From positions 1 through 11,081 of IMG/VR virus record IMGVR_UViG_2534681697_000014: a stretch of DNA of 11,081 nucleotides. The stretch is one strand, 5' to 3'. This DNA comes from a virus. Taxonomy: Duplodnaviria > Heunggongvirae > Uroviricota > Caudoviricetes. Each line of letters starts with the position of its first letter. Positions within the stretch are counted from its first letter, which is position 1. Below the pieces are notes generated by a model, which ran no database searches, had not been told where the DNA came from, and saw only the letters and a program-made list of their open reading frames with translations. The translations under genes were made by a program, and so were the position numbers. Positions 6,220 to 11,081 of the stretch are shown in pieces.

Positions 6220-8307
6220 TCACGCTTCGCGTGATTGCTTAAGCCACCATTTAATGGTGTCCCGATCAATGACTCCGCCAGCAGTTTCCAGATCGATAGT
6301 CTTACTAAATTCGGGTCCCATATCTCCGGTTTGCGGATCGAAAAATATTGCATCTATTGAGATGATCGGGGCATCAGGATTTTTTCCCATGGTTTCAAGG
6401 TCGATCATTAGATGGTCACACGTCCTGCTGGTGGATGTGATTTCGTGATGACCATTCACCGTAATTAAGGGATCTGCCGTCTCGCCAGTTTTACTATCGC
6501 TGGCGTGGTCCTGAGCGCTGCCAGCATTCTCCTTGTGTGGATGTTCAGCGCCTTCCATTTCCTCCGGATCATTTTCCTGAACTTCAACCTGATTCTCTTC
6601 ATCGAATGTTTTCTGGTATGTTGCGTCGTCCATCACCGCGCCACAATCAGGGCAGTTGCCGCCACCGCTCTGACCGCAGGCGGTGCAGACTTTTTCCGGT
6701 TCCTGTTGCGCTACTGGTTCGGATTGTTTCGTTTCTGGCTCGTTTTGTAACGCATTTGGGCTGTTTTGTTCCGCTTTTTGGTCGTTCCGTTCCGATTCAT
6801 GCTGGTTCTGGTTCACAGAATCGCGAGTCTGGATCCCCTTGACCCATTTCGGATCATTAGGGTCGCTAATCCCCTCAACAAATTCACCACGCGATACAGC
6901 AAGTAACTTATCGGCGTCAGGCTGGCTGATATTGGCTGCCTGCATAATTTTGTTTACTTCGTCAGCGGTGACTTTTACTTGGTTAGCGGAACTCACCTGC
7001 GACTGAGCATCCAGCGACTGCGCGTTCTGGCAATGTTCAGTTGTATCCGGTTCCATTGTTTCAGTTGTTGCCTGTTCACCTGCCATTGCGTCAGATGGTT
7101 GTGGTTTTTCTTCTTCTGTTTCACGCTCAGTAACCACCTCGCGGTTAATTTCTTCCAGGATATCTTTTTCCGGCGTATGCCGGGCAGCTGTGAGAGTTTC
7201 CTTGCTGGGGTTCTCGTGATCAGTTTCCGTCAAATAGGCGTTGATATACCCCTGAAGGCGTCCCGGGTAGTGATAAAATTCAGGGTGTGCGCTTCGGATA
7301 AGTGCAAAAATAGCGGCGCGGGAATAGTCCAGAATACCCGGGGTTGCACGAAGTGCTGCGGACCATTCTTTGAACGGACTTTCTTTTTTCAGGACTACTT
7401 CTTTTGCGCGACGATAAACGCTGCCCGGAATTTCATAAATATTAAAATCCATCGGAAGTGTGGCTGCTGCAATCTCCACATCCAGTGTGTCGAGGGTGTG
7501 TACTAAATTCGGATTGCGATCGGTTTTGTTCCCACCGCCAGCATTAGCACCGGAAGCCGTGCGGGTGATGCGTGAAACACGATTTCCTTTCATCCACTCT
7601 TTTGTCAGCAGACCCCGATCAGTGTAGTCAGCGTCCAGGTATGCTTCGAAAAAAGCAGTTATTAGTCCCAGGTCTGAATTACCAGGATTAGGGAAAACTT
7701 TGTCAGTGTCACGAACCAGTTTGTGGAGGTCGCGAATCTCCAGCGAGTCGAGCAGACTGGTTTTATGCGAAATAGCCAGGGCAGTAACAGCCGGTAGTTC
7801 TTCAGCCCGTGCAATGTGTAATGCCTGGAGTTCGTCGCGTGAAACGTGCGTTACTGGTTTTTCGCTGCCGTGTTGAGCAAGCCAACGAATGGGCAGTTCC
7901 TGACCGGAGACAGGTAGAAGCATGCTCTCCTCAATCTCAGTCATGTCTTCGCCGTTGATGTTGGTATTATCAGTGCTGGCTGATTTGTCCTGAACAGAGG
8001 GGGAAGGGCCGATAAATGTCATTGTGATGCCATCTTTCCCGCCTTTTTCATAGCGGTTGCAGAATTCAGTATCAAACACGCCTTCTGGCGGAAGGTCGTC
8101 AACAACGGGCAAATTGACGCGGACGGGTTTTTTAAAGTCGTCTTCATCATAATCGTTGTCATCCATTGCGGTAATGCAGCGGGAGATTGCAACAGATAAT
8201 TTTTTTGCTGTAGTCCAGTAAAAACCACCTTTAATTCCTAGGCGTTTTCTTACTTTGTCATTTTTTGCTTCGCAATATAGTGCAAATTCTTCTTTATCAG
8301 TGCTCAT
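6220..8307 (-). CDS. Large acidic RecE-N-terminal-like protein (695 aa) whose last 60 residues form the N-terminal part (Exo I motif) of the DEDDh exonuclease domain
   Basis: Long ORF with ATG at 8305-8307; zinc-ribbon [15 protein letters not shown]; acidic low-complexity stretches; C-terminal [25 protein letters not shown] carries the D-x-E Exo I motif. Resemblance to the Rac RecE N-terminal region is from memory only. Confidence 0.75.
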   Translation of the reverse strand: MSTDKEEFALYCEAKNDKVRKRLGIKGGFYWTTAKKLSVAISRCITAMDDNDYDEDDFKKPVRVNLPVVDDLPPEGVFDTEFCNRYEKGGKDGITMTFIGPSPSVQDKSASTDNTNINGEDMTEIEESMLLPVSGQELPIRWLAQHGSEKPVTHVSRDELQALHIARAEELPAVTALAISHKTSLLDSLEIRDLHKLVRDTDKVFPNPGNSDLGLITAFFEAYLDADYTDRGLLTKEWMKGNRVSRITRTASGANAGGGNKTDRNPNLVHTLDTLDVEIAAATLPMDFNIYEIPGSVYRRAKEVVLKKESPFKEWSAALRATPGILDYSRAAIFALIRSAHPEFYHYPGRLQGYINAYLTETDHENPSKETLTAARHTPEKDILEEINREVVTERETEEEKPQPSDAMAGEQATTETMEPDTTEHCQNAQSLDAQSQVSSANQVKVTADEVNKIMQAANISQPDADKLLAVSRGEFVEGISDPNDPKWVKGIQTRDSVNQNQHESERNDQKAEQNSPNALQNEPETKQSEPVAQQEPEKVCTACGQSGGGNCPDCGAVMDDATYQKTFDEENQVEVQENDPEEMEGAEHPHKENAGSAQDHASDSKTGETADPLITVNGHHEITSTSRTCDHLMIDLETMGKNPDAPIISIDAIFFDPQTGDMGPEFSKTIDLETAGGVIDRDTIKWWLKQSREA

Positions 8308-8400
8308 TATTGATAAACCTCATCACAGATTTAAGGGTGAACAAATCTCTGCCATTGCTGACATATAAGAATGAAACTGGATATTTATTACGGTGCTGTT

Positions 8401-8592
8401 TTAAAATCCTGCCGGGATTTCGTTATTATCCTGGTGAATAACTTTATCGACCGGATAACAGTTGCCTGGAATTTTCTGTTCGGTTGCTGCTGCCATACAT
8501 TCCTGCATTGTTCTGTGAACACTGACTGCAATATCAACTGGCTCTCCGGAAACAAGAAAAACCGTCAGAATAAGTGCAAATACTGGATTCAT
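8401..8592 (-). CDS. Small hypothetical prophage protein (63 aa) with hydrophobic N-terminus
   Basis: ATG at 8590-8592 overlaps the TGA of the upstream gene (ATGA coupling). Begins MNPVFALILTVFLVSG, a signal-peptide or membrane-anchor-like segment. The longer track ORF (start 8646) is probably an upstream extension. Confidence 0.5.
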   Translation of the reverse strand: MNPVFALILTVFLVSGEPVDIAVSVHRTMQECMAAATEQKIPGNCYPVDKVIHQDNNEIPAGF

Positions 8593-8777
8593 TGTGCACA
8601 TCCTTTTGGCATCAGACGTAAACGGGCCAGCATTGAAACAATGCATACTTTATTTAATAACTCCCGTTCGTGTTTTCTTTTGTTAATGGCCTCTTCAGTA
8701 AATACAGGATTACTGATAGTGACACCAATTTCAAAACAACCTTCAGACGTATTAACGTTTGGTAATAACGTTTTCAT
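8589..8777 (-). CDS. Small hypothetical Cys-containing prophage protein (62 aa)
   Basis: ATG at 8775-8777 preceded by GAGGG at 7-nt spacing; MKTLLPNVNTSEGCFEIGV...CIVSMLARLRLMPKGCAQ. The 97-aa track ORF starting at 8882 is probably an N-terminal over-extension. Confidence 0.5.
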   Translation of the reverse strand: MKTLLPNVNTSEGCFEIGVTISNPVFTEEAINKRKHERELLNKVCIVSMLARLRLMPKGCAQ

Positions 8778-9345
8778 TATCGCGCCCTCAACAATGAGTT
8801 TTGTGATGCGGTGCCTGGTGTCTCCAGGTGACGTTAACCAGTTAACAATTAACGCCGGATACAGAGAATCCACCCATAACACTGTTTTTGGTTTTAACTG
8901 TTCCGCGTGCGCTTAGCCGCATTCACCGCATCACAAAATTCACTTTAAAAAGGGCGGCAGAGCAGTCACGGAGTAAAACTGATACCGCCAAACGTCACCA
9001 GAAAATTGATAACAGAGGGCGTTGCAGCGGGGTTGTCACTTAAGCGTATGGTCAACCTGACAACCCGGTGTCCTCAACGGGGGAAGGAATAATCCCGCCA
9101 TACTTACCGCCGCGCCATTTCGCGGATTGCCACAACCGGAAGCGCACGGTCGACGAAAATTTAACGACAGGCTATCTATGAACCAGCTACCTCGCCGTGC
9201 GCTTTCGCGTTATGGTCTGACTTTTCAGGGAAATATCCTTTCAGTAAACTGTCAGTGCCGGATGCTCACCCGTGTCCGGCGCACGCACTCCACCTCACCC
9301 GTGGAGAACTCCTTAATTACTAACCTTAGCTTTGTTGATTAGCTA

Positions 9346-9564
9346 CTAACGCGGGTATGTAATCATTCTGGCAATGCTTAATGCCGCTGCTTTTTCCAGA
9401 TTGGTGATATCCTGCTCCAGAGCGGACAGATTTTCAGCCTGCTTAGCCCTGGCTTCATTAGCCCATTTCAGATCCTGCGCTGCATTAATTTTCTGGCGCA
9501 TCCACTCATAAAGTTCATCATCGGTATAGTCTGGCGCGATGATGACGGGTTCTCGTTTCTGCAC
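9346..9564 (-). CDS. Hypothetical small prophage protein (72 aa, predicted helical/coiled-coil), GTG start
   Basis: GTG at 9562-9564 preceded by GAGGAA; charged, helix-favouring sequence (ANEARAKQAENLSALEQDITNLEKAAALS). Confidence 0.5.
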   Translation of the reverse strand: MQKREPVIIAPDYTDDELYEWMRQKINAAQDLKWANEARAKQAENLSALEQDITNLEKAAALSIARMITYPR

Positions 9565-9593
9565 GCTGATTCCTCGCGGTGCTGTTTCGCTTA

Positions 9594-9722
9594 TCAGCCG
9601 TTAGATTTTGCCGAACTGGAAAGCGCCTGTTTAAATTCGCTGAAGCTGAGAGCTTCTTCGCCTTCGGCAAGGCCTTCGAAGTATTCTTCGTAAGCCTTTT
9701 CCATGATTGTGTCGAAATCCAT
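9594..9722 (-). CDS. Small acidic hypothetical protein (42 aa), not in the ORF track
   Basis: My translation of the minus strand: MDFDTIMEKAYEEYFEGLAEGEEALSFSEFKQALSSSAKSNG. ATG at 9720-9722 sits 2 nt after the TGA of the upstream 51-aa ORF, with GGTGGG just upstream. Confidence 0.4.
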   Translation of the reverse strand: MDFDTIMEKAYEEYFEGLAEGEEALSFSEFKQALSSSAKSNG

Positions 9723-9723
9723 A

Positions 9724-9879
9724 TCACCCACCTGAATTTCTTTCCAGCCAGCGACGCGCTCCAGATTCGGTTTTAAACGTTTTGCTTTTGGTATACGTCA
9801 TTGCGGTGAAGGTGCCGTCCTGGTTGGGAAACACGCCGTACACCAGAGATTCGTTGTTGCCAAGATCGATAGTATCCAT
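9724..9879 (-). CDS. Small hypothetical prophage protein (51 aa)
   Basis: MDTIDLGNNESLVYGVFPNQDGTFTAMTYTKSKTFKTESGARRWLERNSGG; ATG at 9877-9879 preceded by GAGGT at 4-nt spacing. The 92-aa track ORF (to 10002) extends this frame into the IS66 end and is probably artefactual. Confidence 0.45.
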   Translation of the reverse strand: MDTIDLGNNESLVYGVFPNQDGTFTAMTYTKSKTFKTESGARRWLERNSGG

Positions 9880-10023
9880 GCTGACCTCATTTCCCCTTAA
9901 CGCCGGGGTAGCGGAACAAAAACCTGCTGCATAGTTATTAAGTAAGCGCCCCATCAGCGACGTCTTGTGAAAATTGTCCTGTCTGGCAACAATCGCGCCC
10001 ATCTATATTGATGGACACGAACG

Positions 10024-10698
10024 ATGAATTCCCAGACAACAAAAGATATTCCCTGCTTCCGTTCTTATTTGCCTGATGCCCTGCGTTTAAGATTTGAAGA
10101 TAAACTGACCATCCGGGCCATCGCTCAGCGTCTGGGTCTCAGTCATTCCACAATACATACGCTTTTTCAGCGATTTCTTGCATCCGGTATCGCATGGCCA
10201 TTGCCCGATTCAGTTTCATTCGCTCAACTTGACGCCATCCTTTATGCCAACAGAAAGAAGGAATTAACAGAGCCTCAAATCAGAGAAGGCTCATGGCGAA
10301 AAGAACGGCGAACCAGCTATAGCCGTGAATTTAAGGTCCGTCTGGCTAAGCAGGCGTTACAGCCTGGGGCTGTTGTTGCCCGGATCGCCAGAGAACACGA
10401 TATCAATGATAACCTGCTGTTTAAATGGAAAAGCCAGTACGAGGACGGATTACTGAGCGATGATGACATACAGGAATGCATGCCTGTCCCGGTGGCACTG
10501 ACTGATACGCCGGAGCCGACCAGACCAGTTACAAATCCCTTCTGGCGTAACAAGCATGATGAGCGCCCTGAGGGGGCTCCCGGAAACGTCCCACGGTGCG
10601 AGCTGCATCTTAAATCAGGTGTGGTAAAACTGTTTGACCCTCTCACTCCGGAACTGTTACGGGCGCTAATCCGCGAAATGAAAGGGGGTATCCGATGA
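10024..10698 (+). CDS. tnpA: IS66-family accessory protein TnpA (orf1), 224 aa as called
   Basis: HTH region RTSYSREFKVRLAKQALQPGAVVARIAREHDINDNLLFKWKSQY typical of IS66/IS3 orfA proteins; stop overlaps tnpB start (ATGA at 10695-10698). Longer than the roughly 135 aa I expect for IS66 TnpA, so the true start is uncertain. Confidence 0.65.
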   Translation: MNSQTTKDIPCFRSYLPDALRLRFEDKLTIRAIAQRLGLSHSTIHTLFQRFLASGIAWPLPDSVSFAQLDAILYANRKKELTEPQIREGSWRKERRTSYSREFKVRLAKQALQPGAVVARIAREHDINDNLLFKWKSQYEDGLLSDDDIQECMPVPVALTDTPEPTRPVTNPFWRNKHDERPEGAPGNVPRCELHLKSGVVKLFDPLTPELLRALIREMKGGIR

Positions 10699-11042
10699 TA
10701 ACGCTGCCGACCGGTACCAAAATCTGGATCATCGCTGGCATCACAGATATGCGTTGTGGCTTCAATGGCCTGGCTTCGAAGGTGCAGAACACGCTGAAAG
10801 ATGACCCGTTCTCCGGGCATATCTTCGTCTTCCGGGGCCGCAGTGGCAAAATGGTGAAAATACTGTGGGCCGATCGTGACGGGTTATGCCTGTTCGCCAA
10901 ACGCCTGGAACGGGGCCGCTTCGTCTGGCCGGTGACCCGGGAAGGGAAAGTGCACCTGACGCCAGCTCAGTTATCCATGCTACTGGAGGGGATCGCGTGG
11001 CAACATCCCAAACGGACAGAACGGCCTGGCATCCGGATATAA
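10695..11042 (+). CDS. tnpB: IS66-family accessory protein TnpB (orf2), 115 aa
   Basis: MITLPTGTKIWIIAGITDMRCGFNGLA...KILWADRDGLCLFAKRLE is the characteristic IS66 Orf2 sequence and length; AGGGGG RBS 8 nt upstream. Confidence 0.9.
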   Translation: MITLPTGTKIWIIAGITDMRCGFNGLASKVQNTLKDDPFSGHIFVFRGRSGKMVKILWADRDGLCLFAKRLERGRFVWPVTREGKVHLTPAQLSMLLEGIAWQHPKRTERPGIRI

Positions 11043-11068
11043 CCCGTGATAAAACAAGGGAATGAACA

Positions 11069-11081
11069 ATGAACTCCCCGA
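11069..11081 (+). CDS. tnpC: Probable 5' end of the IS66-family transposase TnpC (first 4 codons only)
   Basis: ATG at 11069 with AAGGGA 7 nt upstream, 26 bp after the tnpB stop; position fits the third IS66 ORF. Too short to verify. Confidence 0.3.

Larger units (their letters stand above)
4540..11081. mobile_element. Int-proximal end of a Rac-like lambdoid prophage integrated at the 3' end of tRNA-Ser (partial; interrupted by IS66-family element at 9942)
   Basis: Integrase stop lies 28 bp from the tRNA 3' end; int, xis-like, exonuclease and small early genes are all on the minus strand, the leftward early-operon layout of lambdoid phages. Other prophage boundary not in window. Confidence 0.75.
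9942..11081 (+). mobile_element. IS66-family insertion sequence, left end and first 1.1 kb (partial; continues past window end)
   Basis: Terminus begins GTAAGCGCC at 9942, the IS66-family end sequence as recalled; followed by tnpA, ATGA-overlapping tnpB (115 aa) and the start of a third ORF. 8 bp immediately outside the end are GTTATTAA (candidate target-site duplication, other copy not in window). Confidence 0.8.

Noticed and set aside
6220-6222. TGA as a selenocysteine codon in the exonuclease.
   Set aside because: I could not recognise a SECIS-like hairpin in the roughly 40 nt downstream, and a Sec codon in a prophage nuclease between catalytic motifs is implausible; a nonsense mutation or error is more likely.
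5994-8228. ORFs within the large exonuclease gene region in other frames (5994..6188, 6212..6448, 6505..6750, 6537..6842, 6683..7006, 6979..7506, 8019..8228).
   Set aside because: Alternative-frame or antisense ORFs inside the well-supported 695-aa and 114-aa reading frames; Cys/Phe/Arg-rich junk translations.
8371-8916. 181-aa plus-strand ORF.
   Set aside because: Antisense to the ATGA-coupled small gene pair; Cys-rich non-protein-like translation, no RBS.
9518-9934. ORFs 9518..9727 (minus), 9579..9776 (plus), 9707..9934 (plus).
   Set aside because: Low-complexity translations; the region is better explained by the 42-aa and 51-aa minus-strand ORFs.
9724-10002. 92-aa ORF as a single gene.
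   Set aside because: Its first 20 codons lie inside the IS66 terminus (9942 onward); the open frame across the junction is probably coincidental, and an RBS-supported internal ATG at 9879 gives a 51-aa phage gene.
10317-10900. Minus-strand ORFs 10317..10820 and 10643..10900.
   Set aside because: Antisense to IS66 tnpA/tnpB, which have characteristic sequences and ATGA coupling.

Overview
This window looks like the enterobacterial (E. coli-type) mtfA-asnT-serU chromosomal locus with mobile DNA integrated at both tRNA genes. Left part (1-3382): the inner end of a genomic island at tRNA-Asn, carrying a P4-type integrase (1959..3221, -), a bidirectional terminator, a 1.3-kb AT-rich non-coding region with tandem repeat units and three palindromes of the form GTGATT-N8-AATCAC, and a small FimB/FimE-size tyrosine recombinase (25..603, +). 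Centre: tRNA-Asn(GUU) (3383..3458, -), mtfA (3559..4356, -) and tRNA-Ser(CGA) (4450..4539, +). Right part (4540-11081): the int-proximal end of a Rac-like lambdoid prophage at serU, with integrase, a small excisionase-like gene, a large RecE-N-terminal-like protein whose C-terminus is a DEDDh 3'-5' exonuclease domain interrupted by one in-frame TGA, and a run of small leftward-transcribed genes. That operon is cut at 9942 by an IS66-family element (tnpA, tnpB, first codons of tnpC) running off the window end. The most notable signals are the split exonuclease with an apparent nuclease-domain swap, and the recombinase-associated palindrome/repeat region. All homology statements come from reading the translations and from memory; no database search was run.
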